The position numbers were made by a program, and so were the translations under genes. The notes beneath the pieces were generated by a model. That model made no database searches. It was given only the letters and a program-made list of their open reading frames with translations, and was not told the origin of the DNA. A stretch of 64,000 nucleotides of DNA from Camelus ferus (lineage: Eukaryota), in the NCBI RefSeq assembly GCF_009834535.1, contig NC_045696.1, positions 18,106,001 to 18,170,000 on the forward strand, given 5' to 3'. How positions within the stretch are numbered: position 1 is the stretch's first letter; each line of letters opens with the position of its first letter. Below, one piece after another: positions 38,891 to 52,834 of this stretch.

Positions 38891-40759
38891 CCTGTCTCTA
38901 TAAAAGTGTGTTTATAATATCTCAGTGTTCTCTAAACTTTTTTGACCTGGCCCAATGGTAAGAAATGTGTATTATATTGTATTTCCAGTATACAAACATG
39001 TGAACACACATAGACATGTGCAGTTTCACACTCACTTAACATACAAAAGAACTCTTGGACACAGCATCTAATTCTTCCACTGCATGCTGTGCTATGCTAT
39101 GCTATTTTCGCCAGTCTTTTATTTTATTCTACGTTGTAGAATGTTGGTCATACATCCACTAAATCAATTTCATAACTGGCTAAAGTCTTCCTGTAAAGCT
39201 CTTACAGATATTACATGACCTCTAATTCAGGCCATCATTTACCACCTAATCTACCTAATCATTTGATACTTAATCTACCTGTTTACTCTGTGATATTTGC
39301 TTTTTATTCATTGTATTTCTGTTTCCTCCCACTAGAGTGCAAGATTAATGAAGCAAGAAGTTGCTCCTCCTACAATAACTAGAGTTGTTTTAGAAGATAT
39401 TTCAACACATATTTTTAATAAATGAGCAATTAAAATATTATAGCCCCATGAAAAGATTAATTAAAAATGGATGAAATGTCACAAAACTAAAATATTATAG
39501 TTAAGCAAAATAATCTAAAGGTAGATAAACAGAAGAAAGTAGAGAGCCTGGTTGAAAATTATGTGTTAAAAATATACAGATATATGTTAACAAAACATGC
39601 CTCAGGAACCAAGAATATGTTGTGGAATATGCTGGGGAATACTACAAACATTCTAAGGCTAGAACATTTTTTTAACACTAAAAAGAATTCAAGAAATCAC
39701 TGAGGAAAAATAACATTTTTGATTGTGGAAACTTTCTAAAGTCATAACACATTGATAAATATGTTTTAAAATATTTAAAATATAAGTTTAATATCAAGAT
39801 CATCTGAAAATATATCTAAGGAGGTTTGATATCTTTGTATTTAATTCAGCTTTAGTACATATTTATTCTTTTTTCTTAAGTTTGGTGTCATTTTGGTTTA
39901 TGTAAAAACATAATCAAACATGTAATTACCTAGTCAAAAATGGGAACATCTACCAAGAATAAGAATATTAGCATATTAACACATCCATCCTAATGCAGAC
40001 ATTACGGAGCTTCTAATGCATTATTTTGTAGTTCACTTACATTCCATATCCCTGTGTTAAATTACTGTGGATGTGTGGCCTTGTCAGAACTCTTTTTATT
40101 AGATGTGACAGCAGTCTAGTAGCTGTCTATATATACACCGTGAATTAAACTCAGTGAACAGTCAGTGTAACTTGATATTAGCTGGATATTTAAACTGAAT
40201 TTGTAACTTCTTTTCAAATAGGATGTCTTATAACCCACTATGTTAAAATAACTAGAACACACACACAGAAGACTTAAGATGCACTGCATGCTAACAGCAG
40301 AGGTTCACCACAGAGGTTTCATTTTCATTAGCAGTATTTTGCACATATACTTGTTGTACATTTTTATTGTACAGTCAAGATAATATTAGGTAAAATAAAT
40401 CTCTTTGGTTTATGAAATAATAATAAAGGTTAAATATGCATAGCAATTGCTTACATCAAGAAACACTTCCTTTGAATCTCAGGCAAGTGGCATTCATGAG
40501 AATTAGAGAATATCCACCAATGTATACATTCACCTTTATTGGAAATGCAAAAAACAAACAAACAAACAAACAACAAACAGTACATGAATGGACCAATTAA
40601 ACTCCCATTAGTGGTAGGATGGAAAATGCCATTGTCCCACACTCTGACACATTTAGTATACACAGATTTTAACTTTATTTTAATTATTATCAAATTGCTG
40701 AATATAAAATTGTATTTTACTATGGATTTAAAGTTCTTCTTTTTGATATTCATAGGATT

Positions 40760-42500
40760 GAGCTTCTTTACTTAGGCTTCTAGTTTATTTGCATTTCTCC
40801 TTCTGTGAAATTCCTGTTGATGTTTTTCAACTACTTTCATCTGGTAGTTTTTACTGACTCATTATTTATATATCTAGAATAAAAATCCTTTGATTGGTTA
40901 TGAGCATTATTCTGGCAATGCGTTCCCCCCCAATTCTGGCAATGTTTTCCCCCTAATTAAGCATTTTTAAATAAATAATATTTTATATTGAATAAGACAA
41001 TCTTATAAATTATTTCCAATTTTTAATTTTTTTGTCTTTTATAACTTCCTACCCAAATTTAATCTTATTTTGCTTTCTAAAGTTTTATAATTTTACCTTT
41101 TACATTTACTTCTCTATTCAATGTTATTAGGTTTTTTTTCAGGTCATGCATAAGGGATGGAATTTTATTCTTCCCATATGAAAAACTTATTATTTCATGA
41201 GTAATTATTGAATAATTCATCCTACTACTGTAGAGCTGTACTACACATTCTTAATCTCTAAAATTTAGCAGTATAACCTAACATCTGATAGAGGAAGCTC
41301 TCCCTCTACTTTTCCAAATATGTAACTTTGATTTACTTTTCTCACCTTCATATATTACAGGTGTTTTCAATATATGCTTCTTAATAAAGGTGGTAATAGT
41401 TAGAATCTTTAATTTTTTCCTGATTCTAAAGTTATGCTTTCAACAATCCATGATTAATCATAGTGTTCAGTGTTTTGCATCAGCTTGTAATAAGACTAAA
41501 AAGTTCTCTACTATTTGGGTTTGACAGAAGTAGTGAACATTAAATTATTTTGAAATGTACATATTTTCAAAAGTTATTGAAATAATATTTCTTTGAATAA
41601 GTCAACTTGGGAATTTCATGTTCAATTTGACAATTTTAACCAGTTAGTTTATTCATGGGAAAAATGAAAGGTTTTCATAATGTATTAATGAACTTTATGC
41701 ATTGTTAAGTTATTAATTTTTGACAGAACAACATTTTCAATGAAATAATGTGCATTTTTTTCTTTTAATCTATTTCAATTATTTTGGTATCAAGAATATT
41801 CATGCTTCATAAAATGAGATGAAGAATGTTCAATTTTTCTATTTACTGAAATTTTCTGTAATGTCAGAATCATGTTTACTTACTATATCATAGAACTTAA
41901 CCTTTAAAGCATTCTACATCATACTGCACATACCACTTTACATAAAGGATTTCTACTTATATTGCGTTTATGGTGTTAGGGGCAATTAAGGTACTCTCTT
42001 CCTTGAGTCAATTTTTATATTTATTTGAAGAGCACATTAATTTGCTCTATGCTTTCATATTTATTAGTATGGATTTATTCACAGTAACATTCATGTGTCA
42101 GTTTCTACTATGTGGTTATAAATGTGTGGTTGTGTGTGTGTTTGTGTGTGTATGTGTTTTATCTTCTACCCAATGTGATATTTAGGTAATTTTTTGCTGT
42201 TCCTTTCTTCATAGTTAGGTTTATTTCTAATCATTCCTCCAATAATGATTGCTATTCTCTGGAGTCAATGCCCAATGTCATATCTAGAATTCTCCTATTA
42301 TATTCCAAACTTTCTGGTAACCACTGGATTTGTTTCCCGTTTCCTCTCCTCAGTCAACTGTCATTTCAGATTTTCAATTTTGCAGTTATTGGCAGAAGCC
42401 CTTAGTGTAAGTTATAAAATCATTTATCCCTCTTACTCTCTAATACAGTTTTTGTAACAGTGTGGACAATTTCCTTATTGACCAAAGCTTAATTCAGAAA
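40760..42500 (-). mobile_element. Highly degraded L1 (L1ME-like), antisense
   Basis: TTTCTCCTTCTGTGAAATTCCTGTTG, TTTGGTATCAAG...TTCATAAAATGAG and T-rich L1 ORF2-type text. Confidence 0.55.
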
Positions 42501-44172
42501 TATGTGAGGTTTATTTTGTCTGGTAATAACCAGTGGATAGTCAGTAATCTTAATTTCCTCTTCCTTTTCCTTTCAGTTATGTGGACAAACTTCAATTTTA
42601 ACCACATTATTATAACATGTTAATCATGTTAGAATATATAGATGTTTTGTTCAAACTTTCTAAGAAAAATAAAACTGCAGATGATTTCCTTAGAAATGCT
42701 AGATTGAAACTCTGTAAATTATAGTTAATAGTCAGAAAGGGCATAAAAGTATGTGCAAGTTAAATGAATGGGAAATGAATAAACAAACATATGCCTGAGT
42801 AAAGCACATATGTAAAATCAATTTAAATGTATGCATGAAGATCTTCAGTTTCTGAATGCTAATTCATACAATAAAGCATAATTACACAATCAAAGAAGCA
42901 TATTTGACAATATATCAAATAAATAGCCTGCCCAAGGAAATAGAAAACAATTAACCTAGAGAATGATTCAGTAGTGCTGACATCAACCATCTGATTTAAA
43001 ATGCTTCATTCTACCACAGAATAAACCTAAGTATAACTGCTAATGCCCACTTATTTAAAGTGTCCATTTAGAAAAACATGTATCATGAAATATAAAATGC
43101 AAAAAAGCATGCCAACAAATTATCTAAACATTGATAGTAAGTCTGATTTTGAATAATGGCACCATATTTCTGTCCCCAAGCAACAAGGAGACAATGCTTT
43201 TTACCAGATGATATAAAGTGAGAGAGAGGGGGGTAGACCAATACCCTTTCTCCCAAAGACACTTTGAAGTTTCATTGGACAGACTGAGCAGTCTTCCAAA
43301 AAGATGTGTTAAAGAATTCAGCTACTATCGATTTATTTCACTGAGTGCTGCAGGAGGTGTTAGGGACACAAACCAAACATTCTACTCCTCATAGTCTATG
43401 TTGACATGATGGAAAAAAAAAAAAAAACCCTAATTAAGTGAAATGCATTTAACCAATAAGTAACATTAAATTAATTATTTGATGTATTTTATTTTTAATT
43501 CAACAGATGATTTAACAATAGGAAAAATACCATTCCGGGTGGCTTGATTCTTCTACCTTTTATATATCCTAATACACAGTGGTAGACAATAGCTGAGCCG
43601 TTATCCACAATTAAGCTGCGATCAAACCCCATCACACATGAGAGACTTACAGAAAGGCTCTTTAACATAGACAATCAAAATAAAGAGTTTTGAGGCAGAC
43701 AAAGAAGGCATACAGATTCTGGAGGCATTTATAATCCTTTAACAAAGGAGGACAAATCTTACTATCAGCTGATGGGTAAACAGAACACGGCATTTGTCAA
43801 CATTCTCTTCACTGGAGGAGCAATCATACTGGGCCCTCAAATCCCCATGAAGGTTTTCTGTTGCCACTTGACATCGCTAAAATGTAGGAAGATCTTATTA
43901 GGGCTTCTAGTAACTTCCCTTATGATTCCGATGGAAAGAAGGCAAGTTATACCTTCTGGTACCCTCTCAACTGTTTTGAAAACTCTACCAACCTATTTCC
44001 CTGTCCACTATGTTCAAGTAACATGTAAAACCTCCAACACTTTCCTGAGTATTTTCTGCTAAAATGGCTCAACTGCGTATGAGTTACACAGGAAGTTTCC
44101 AGAGATTGCACATCCCTGACATGATCAGGCTTTAAGGGTGCCTGAATCTTTTTTTGTTTTAATTCATTTTTA

Positions 44173-44386
44173 CATGGGTTAGTAAACTACTTTCTGCAAG
44201 GAAAATATGACCACCTGTTTTTTAAAGAGAGCTTTATTGGAATTCAGCCATGCTCACTCATCCTGTCTGTTGCTGCCTTTTGTGCTTCAGTATTGAGTAT
44301 TGAGTAGTTCCTACAGGAACTAGCTCACAAAACCTAAAAATATTTCATATCTGGACACTTACAAAAAAAGTTTATCAATCCTTGAT
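44173..44386. mobile_element. MER58A-like hAT-Charlie fossil
   Basis: GGGTTAGTAAACTAC...TTTATTGGAATTCAGCCATGCTCA...ATCTGGACACTTACAAAAAAAGTTT. Confidence 0.75.
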
Positions 44387-46519
44387 CTAGTAATGAAAGA
44401 AAAAATAAATATACTGCCCCAAGTTTATCAGTTAATTTGTAACCACGTTGTTGATAGAGAGCAAAGATGGGGATTACTATGATGTAGACTAGAAATAATA
44501 CAAAGACGTAATAACACAAGTGACTTGCCCAAGAACAAATTTTAAGATATGCAGGATATGTATCAATATTGAAATCATTTTCCTCAATGTAACTACTATT
44601 TCCTACCACATCCTATCAATTACAGAAACTTAATTTACCAATCTTCATTCTATTAGAGAGTATATGAGCAACAAACTACAGTATTTTTTAGGTGATATGA
44701 AACAAAAGTTGACCAGAAAAAGGGCAGTCGTTTTTCTTTCTATGAAACTATTCTGTCCCAAGTACCCTTAGATGAGTGTCACTCACAGAATCAGGAAGTG
44801 AAAAGACTAAAATCACTTAATAATCTTCACACTTACAGCATTAACAAATTCAGAAACAGAAAGCTCATGCAATGAAGAGAAAATAAGATGTTCTGATCTT
44901 TAACTATCAGCATTCATCCTTCTTGCTCCTTACAGAATTACAACCTCATAAAATTAAAATTCTATACTTTAACAAATTATACTTTTAAACTAGAAAATCT
45001 AATGCTCCCTACCGCAATTTATTATGATGGTTTCTTAGGATTTTCATGTTTTAAAACTCTCCAAAAACTTAATCATTCCAATAATTCATTTAAAGTTATT
45101 GTGTGTATTTAGCTCACTGAAAGCCTACCCAATTCATACAGAAAAAAAGTTCTCTGAATACATAAAGAGTGCGTTTGCATGTGGCCATCTGTGCACAATC
45201 TGAATCATTTATTTTAATATTTTCAAGAGGATTTTATAAACCATAGCTTATATTTATCATTCTGTCTTTGATAAATAGCTATGTGACCAAGGAATGGCCC
45301 CGGCAATTAGTATAGCTATTCATGTAAAATTTTTCAAGTATCATTTTTATATTTTAGTATGATGAATTTCCTTTATTCCCTTTTTTACTTTTGTAAGAAG
45401 AATTTTTCATTTCATATTTCATGAATGTAAACCTCAAACGTATTTCTATGGGAATTAAAAACTATCTCAAAGGAAGCAATTGCCTCATTCCTAGCAAGAC
45501 TCCTAAATTCTTAAGATAAATGAGAGGCTATATGTATCAAACATAATTTTCCTTATTTTATGTTAACTGACCAATTCAAAATAATTTGGAGAGTATTTTT
45601 ATTCTCTTCCCTATCATTTATAACCCAAAAATTAAAACTTTTTTTGATTTCTACTCTTCCAAATTGTCAACAGTATCACTACCATGGTAAAGGAAAGACT
45701 GACAATTTTAAGGAATAAGAGAAAATGCTAAGAGAAAACAAGATGTTTATCATTAAAAATCAATCACTATATCCAAAATAATCTCTATTAAAACCCATCT
45801 GATAACCAAACAGAACAAATATATACTATGTCATAAAATATTCATTATTAAATGGATTAATACATCTTGGGTTGGTTTAAAATTATATAAGTGAAAATTT
45901 ATCACTACATATTTGAAATGTCTTAACATATATTTAAATATTTATATACTATATAATATATCATATTCTATATTTATATATTTCAATTTGTATGAAGTAA
46001 GTACTGTTTAATAAAAGAAAATGAGGTGATATATACCAAATGAAAACAGTATTTCTAGCAATATGGATTATTAAAGATAATGCTTACATTTTGGTATTAG
46101 TTATTTCTCCACAAGTATCAGAAATAACACATAAATATACACACATGGATATAAAATATATTTTAATTAATACAGTAATATTCATACACATGTAAGTATG
46201 TGTGAATGATATATATAACATAAGATGTCAACATTTAATTCTTTTCATAATTTTTAGAAAATTTGAAATTAGATGAAATAATACATAAATCAGAAACAAA
46301 ACTGGAAGGAATCTAGCAAAATATTAAGCCAAAATTCTTCTTTTTGCATCTGAATAAAAAAATGAATACCTGAGAGTCAAAATCACTTGTCTGTTGACAG
46401 ATAGACTGTTACTGATTAAACTGGAATTAGAAACAAATGTTATAATTCCAGTAAACTAGACACAAATGTCCAGACCAGTGACATTTCCATTACTTCCATA
46501 TAGAAGGGAAATAAACTAA

Positions 46520-46700
46520 TATTTAAGTCAAAAGACCAGGGTTCATGTTCTACCTTGGTCACTTAGCATGCCTGTGACTCTGGGCAGGCAGGTGACCTAA
46601 TTTTTTCTAAATTTCAGCTTTTTTGTTCTACAGAATTGAGACCATAAAGATTCCCTTAGTATCATTGCAAAGAGCTTAGATACAGTATGAAATTGCTTTA
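46520..46700 (+). mobile_element. MIR SINE fragment
   Basis: AGTCAAAAGACCAGGGTTCATGTTCTACCTTGGTCACTTA...TGTGACTCTGGGCAGG. Confidence 0.6.
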
Positions 46701-48039
46701 AGCTTCTCTAGCCTACAAAGCAACATTATTTATGTGCCATTAACATTCTTTCTCTTTGTGGATGTTCCTAAAAGAAAGTTATAAACATAGAGGAACTATT
46801 AAACGTCTCATTTAATGCAAGATATTTTCATTTTTGATGGTTCACATAGTAGCATAACATGTAAGACATATACATACAGTGATAGAAATATAATAAATAG
46901 CATAACATGTACAAGAAAGCAATAGTAGGCTTAAAATCCTTTTTATGAGTTGGAATGATGTGAATGTTATCAACTATCTGAACATTCAGTTACATGTAGT
47001 CCTTCATTTACCTGCTTTCCTTTTAGAGTCTAAACTGACACCAAGATTCAAAGTTAAAAAAAAAACAAAAAGACAACCAAAAACCTCTGTGGTTTAAAAC
47101 TGCAACATCTATGTTTATCTCTTTCTAAAGTCTTTTTTAAAAGTCTAATTTAAAAAAAAAGTCTATTACAGGGTACTTGGTGTCATCAGATGAAAAAGAA
47201 TCCTACCTCAATATTTTATGCTTCCAGGCTCAGTTACCCTGCTCTCAAGTTCCTGTCTATAGTAATACTTCCAGTGTCAGAAGACATAGCCAAGTGCACT
47301 GCTCACAACTAAACCTGTAAAAACCTTCCCACATGGTTCTACTCATAGTTAGTGTTTCCCTGTGAACTTGTGTCAACACTGTTTACTCCCCTTGGAACAA
47401 AGAATGAGCTACTACACAAAAAATACAAAGAATATTATAAGAAATTGGTTGCCCTAAACTAAATGTGTTAAAAATCATTTCATCTTAAAATAAGAAAACA
47501 AAATTGAAAAATTAAGCAAAATAAACTTGTGGTATCAGACAGTCAATGGGAGAAACAGCTGCAGCAAATATGATAATAAGAGAGAAAGCTTAATTGAAAC
47601 AGATGTTTTAAAATGTGCAATTTTAAATGTTATACAAATGTTGATGCAAAGTAAATTTTAAATAAAGTGGACTTGATTGGAAGCATAATTAAAACTCAAA
47701 AGAAACAAAAATAATCTCGATGAAAACTAAATTAGAATGATAAACAATAATTGGCTTTGCCTAGACAACAAAGTATTAGTGAAGGACAGTTATTTCCTAT
47801 TTTAACTTCAGTGCTACATAGACAAACATGTACCTAGCAAAGTCTCAGAAGACATTTTCAGTGATGATAAACTTCAGATAGAACGGAACTTTGAAAAACG
47901 TGCCTCTTAACATTTTAAAATACAATCCAATAAACTCTTATTATGAAATTTCTAAGGAATTTTCAAAAGTTGAGTATCACACTAATTAAAAAAACATTTA
48001 GACTTATCACATTCATCAAAATTTTCTTCTCACTCTGGT

Positions 48040-48481
48040 CTACAAGAATGAAGTGTCTGAGATTTCACTCTACTTTGAATCCAGTGAGATAAGGTGCCAC
48101 AGTTTCATGGAAGAATGTAGGAGACATAAGACTCCTGAATTAGACAAAAGAACTGCATGAGCACGTTCAACAGGCAGCACAAAATCACACAAGAACAACT
48201 CTGTCAATTATCTTTACCTCAATGTCCACAGGTGCCATGTGCATGGGTCTTTGGTCTATGACTATAATGACCTAATGGGTCCCAATAGATTTAGGGAACC
48301 TAAACATTTTGTAACTAGACAGTAAGAAAACATGCTCTTTGTTCTGGAGAGAGACACTATTTCTTTGAAGATGTTTTGCTATATGGACATCTTTTAAAAG
48401 AGAGTCTACAACAAAAGGCAATCCATGCTTTGTTTTGCAGAATGTACAGAACAACAGACCATGGAGTATGTTCTCCCAACA
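48040..48481 (-). mobile_element. Old ERV LTR, same family as 29144-29733
   Basis: CAAGAATGAAGTGTCTGAGATTTCACTCTACTT...GCCACAGTTTCATGGAAG...AGACTCCTG; ends CTCCCAACA. Confidence 0.6.
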
Positions 48482-49238
48482 GAGGTGATATTCACTCTGA
48501 CAGCAGATCCAGTCCAAAAACATGGGAAAACTAAGTGGTTGCCTGAAAAAAAGGTCCATTTCTTTCTTGTCTAACTTTTCTTTCCTTTTTACCTCAGCAT
48601 GACTTTTTAATGTCACTTAACTATACTAACAGCTGTCAAGTCAGACTTGTTGCACACATCCACACTTTCTGTAATGGTTACATAAGGCAACATTATTTAG
48701 ACAAGAAGCACAAACTATGCCTATGTGGAGCAGAACGAGAACACTACAAAGAGCAGAGGCAGTTGAAAAAAGCCATTGAAAGAGCTCTACCATAATCAAA
48801 TACAGACGATTTAAGAATAGCCAAATATGGAACCATGTGTGCTGCATATCTCACTAAAGCCAAAGGTTTCTGGAATTTATATTGTCTAAAATTTATCTGA
48901 ATTTGGTATAATACAAATGTTCTAATTTTTCCTCCAAAATACAATTTGTTCTTATGTATTTAGCTTTATAGAAGGCTATTCTAGTTTTTTCACTCAAAGG
49001 CCAGAAGAGACTTGATGCTTAGAGCTGGATTCATCCAAAGGCTCATTCATTCACACGACCATTAGTTGATGCTATCAGCTGGGAACTCAGCCAAGGATGC
49101 CAGTGAGACACCAGCATTTCCCAAGGCATGCAGATCTATCAGGTATGCTGTGCAATTAGTCATGCTGTTCTAAAACCAAATTAGTGTCAACCTAAGATAT
49201 GTGTTGAATTCCTATTATAAAGCTATTAAAAGGTTAGA

Positions 49239-49746
49239 ATGCCTATGAAGTCATCAAGCGAAGGGATACACCAACTGGGATATTGGACTAAGTGTGGCTG
49301 ATCTCATTGAATCCATGTTGAAAAATCTCTCCAGGATTCACCCAGTGCCAATGATGGTGAAGGGGATGTATGGCACTGAGAATGAGGTCTTCCTGAGCCT
49401 TCCATGTATCCTGAATGCTCAGTGATTGACCAGTGTTATCAACCAGAAGGTGAAGGATGAAGAGGTCACCCAACTCAAGAAAAGTGCAGACACCCTGTGG
49501 GACACCCAGAAGGATCTAAAGGACCTGTGACTACTGGCTTCTAGTTCTAGGGTGTAGAAACTTAAAAACTACAGTGTAATTAGCCACGAGCCTTTAGTTT
49601 TCATCCATGTACATGGGGTACAGTTTGCTTTTATCTTCCTAAATCTGTGAATCTGGGTTCACAGAATCAAAGCTTGTGCTTGGTTTAATGCTTGCAATAT
49701 GAGTCCTTGAACAAATAAAATTAACTATCGTAGTATGTGGGAAAAA
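49239..49746 (+). pseudogene. LDHB: 5'-truncated processed pseudogene of lactate dehydrogenase B
   Basis: [94 protein letters not shown]; 1-bp deletion at ~49259; premature TGA 49423-49425; native stop 49528-49530; 3' UTR with AATAAA and A-tail; TSD AAAGCTATTAAAAGGTTAGA at 49219-49238 and 49747-49766. Confidence 0.97.
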
Positions 49747-50639
49747 AAAGCTATTAAAAGGTTAGATAAAAAGCCTAATTCATGTTAATTTCATTAACTC
49801 AGGATTTTAAAGTTATAAAAGATTTTACATATCTTTTAGTAAATCTTTCATAATACACATGATGGCATTGAGGTTTGGCCTTTATTTCCAAATTCAGAGA
49901 GCAAATGACTCTCTTAATTTCAGTACTGAAAATAATAAAATAAGTAAAGTGCCTAGTAGACTGATGAGGATTAAATACTTTATAAATAATTATTATGGTT
50001 GTCAGAATACATAATGACCTCATTCTCATAACAAGTTTGTTCTATGCAATTATGTGGTATATTGTCCTTTAAAGTAAGAAACTAATAGAACAAATTAAAA
50101 TATTGATGAATATAGATTCATATTATTCTCATGAATTTGAAATTAAATATATATTTTACCACAGACATACATATATATGTATATAGATGCTTGTTACTGA
50201 TTTGAGATATCTGAATTCAAGATATGCAAATCTGAAAATAAGATCACCTATTTTCCTATATATCAGTTATACGATTGAAAAATCAGAAGGCATACAAAAT
50301 AAAAGTGACACCGACATGGCCTGCCATGAGATTTTATTGTTACGCCACTCAAAATTATCTTCATTTGATTTTGTAGTTTCTGGGAAGGTTGAAAAACTTA
50401 TTGCTAAGTGTTTCCTTATCTTTTTGTTAGAATTATCAAGTTATGATTTACATACCATAAACTCATTTCTTTTATGTATATAAATTGAAAACTTTGAAAA
50501 ATACATACAGTCATGTAACCAATACTACAACAGTTATTTAGAATATTTTCCTCATTCTGGAAAGTTTGTTCATGATCTGTTGCAGAAAACCCCTACACCC
50601 ACATTCAGTCCCTGCAAACCACTGATCTTTTGCTTTTCC

Positions 50640-50960
50640 TCTGACAAGGACATCCTGAAGAATCCTGGGCTCTTTCAGATGGAATTGAACATAAATATAT
50701 AACCCATGCATCAGACAAACTGAGGGAATTCAGCAGGAAGAGAACAAACGCAGGCACAGCTATGGCTTCAGGACGACATGTTAACGCAGCAGATCAGAAA
50801 CAGGTGAATTGTGTAAAACGGTTACTGCCTTCCTTCAGCCCTTCAACTCTCCAGAGACAATCTCCCTAGCAGCCCACACTAACAAATATAAAAGGAAAGG
50901 GAATTCCGGGGAATGTGGAGTATGCTAGCGAAGAAGGCACATAACAAGGTTGTCACAATG
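50640..50960. mobile_element. Old LTR fragment (MLT2/ERVL-like terminus)
   Basis: GGAAAGGGAATTCCGGGGAATGT...GCACATAACAAGGTTGTCACA. Confidence 0.4.
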
Positions 50961-52681
50961 AAGATGACTCATACTTTGCTTTCTTGCAGACATCATTTTA
51001 AAACTATTGCAAATCACTGATTAAAAATTGAATTAATAAAATATGATTAAATAGTCCATTTTTCCATTTGAGTTAGATTAAAATACATGACCATGCATAA
51101 ATTTGGAAATGTCTACTCGATCTGAATATCCTGACCCTAAAACTACAATATATAAAATAAGCAATTAATTAGGGCAATTAAGTCAAACAATTTCATTATA
51201 TTAGAATTTTTGTTTTACTTTATGAGCTTACTTAAGTTTACTAAATGCATATTATTAACCTATCAATTGTTTCAAATGAGGACCTCATTTCTTCCCATAG
51301 ACACCATTTTCTTTTCACTGTCTCTGTTCTGTTGTCCTAGATGGATGAGATTCTTTCAAGTTATGTATCTCATTGTATACAGCTTTTCTCCAATATAATA
51401 TCAAGTGTAAAGTTATACTGTGTTCCAATATTATTGCTTATTTCAAAATATGCAAAAATAGAAAAAATGGTCAGCTTTTGGCATTTAACTACTTCTTATA
51501 CCACTAGAAAACTGTGGAAACCCCTATCAAAGACTAATTGTTAGTCATTCAATTTTCTTTAGACTTTTAGGGTATAATTGAAATAGTTTTCATAATACCA
51601 GCTTTTAAAAGCTCTAAGTGATGGCTTCACTTTCTAACTTTAATTGAGACAAAAGAAATATTCTGTCCACCTTGAAAATATACTATGAATTATTTTTAAC
51701 ACCACACACAATTCAATATTTTATAACTTATTTGCCATTTAAAGATCCATCTTCTTATCAGAAGAAAACATTTATGTAGTTTGTGTGTGTATTTAATATG
51801 CCTATACATAGTCTCTGAGAAAAAAACCTAAAAATAGTGAAATACTTATTTCTTAAATTATATGCCTACTTTGACAATCACATAGTGATTTACTCCTGGG
51901 ATTCTATCACTCAAAACAGTATATATACTATTATTTTTATTGAAAATACTTTATTGCAACAGATATCAATATTGTAGACAAAGTCAAGGTTATATCTAAT
52001 TATATAAATTAAATAATTAAATAATTAACTCACGATATAATTTCAAGTTCATGAAGAGACATAAATGGCCAAATCTCCTCATTGTAAACCCTGTATCCAT
52101 ACAAAAATTTATGCAGTTAAGAGATTTATTTTCAATTCAATGTATGTCTCCTAATAAATGCAGATACTCACCGGAGGGATGACCTAAGATACACATATAC
52201 ACTATGAACACTTCAAATTAAGGAGTTAGTTATATTATTTCTAACTTGACAGCTAACAGAAAACTAAGGTTGAGTGAGGGATTTTATATCAAAGGATGCT
52301 AAGTGAGTGAGACCTTACAGCCTCCTGTATGTTTAGTTACCTTGAAGAACACTTTCTCAAGGGAATTCTACATCTTGCTCACTAAAATATAATTCTCCCA
52401 TGGGAGAGAAAAAAGTCATATAAAATGGATATTGCCTAAAATTGAATATAAATGCAATGGGTTTATGTGGTTTGGGATATACCTAATTTCTTCACATAAG
52501 ACAGCAAAACTGCACAATGATAAAACTAATTTTTTTTTAAAGGCAACAATGTTTATGCTTTCATGATAAGCTTAGATTGTCTTTTAAGATCTCTTTGTTC
52601 GGTTGCTGGTAGCAAGTTTTTGTACCAACTGCTACACAGTCTAACTCTGATTCTCAGGGGGAAGTGAGGAAAAACATTCAC

Positions 52682-52834
52682 CTTGACTTTGATCTGTTTC
52701 TCATCAGATTCAGCTGCAGGAAATGTCAGACCTAAAATTGTTTCAGGTTTGCCATAATGCTTCAGGGAAAGACCTTTTTTCTTCCGCACTGTATAGTTCA
52801 CTTTGTAATACCAGGAAATGTAGGTTTCAGGAGA
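52682..52834 (-). other. Candidate internal exon of an unidentified minus-strand transcript
   Basis: Minus strand: pyrimidine tract CTTTTCCCCCTCCTTT...GTTTAG| and AAG|GTGAAT donor; 153 nt, open in frame 0 (SPETYISWYYKVNYTVRKKKGLSLKHYGKPETILGLTFPAAESDEKQIKVK). Confidence 0.35.

Noticed and set aside
49288..49473. 61-aa minus-strand ORF
   Set aside because: Antisense of the LDHB retrocopy
51305..51544. Plus-strand pyrimidine tract and TAG followed by an ATG ORF (MDEILSSY...)
   Set aside because: No convincing donor, no recognisable protein and no partner exons
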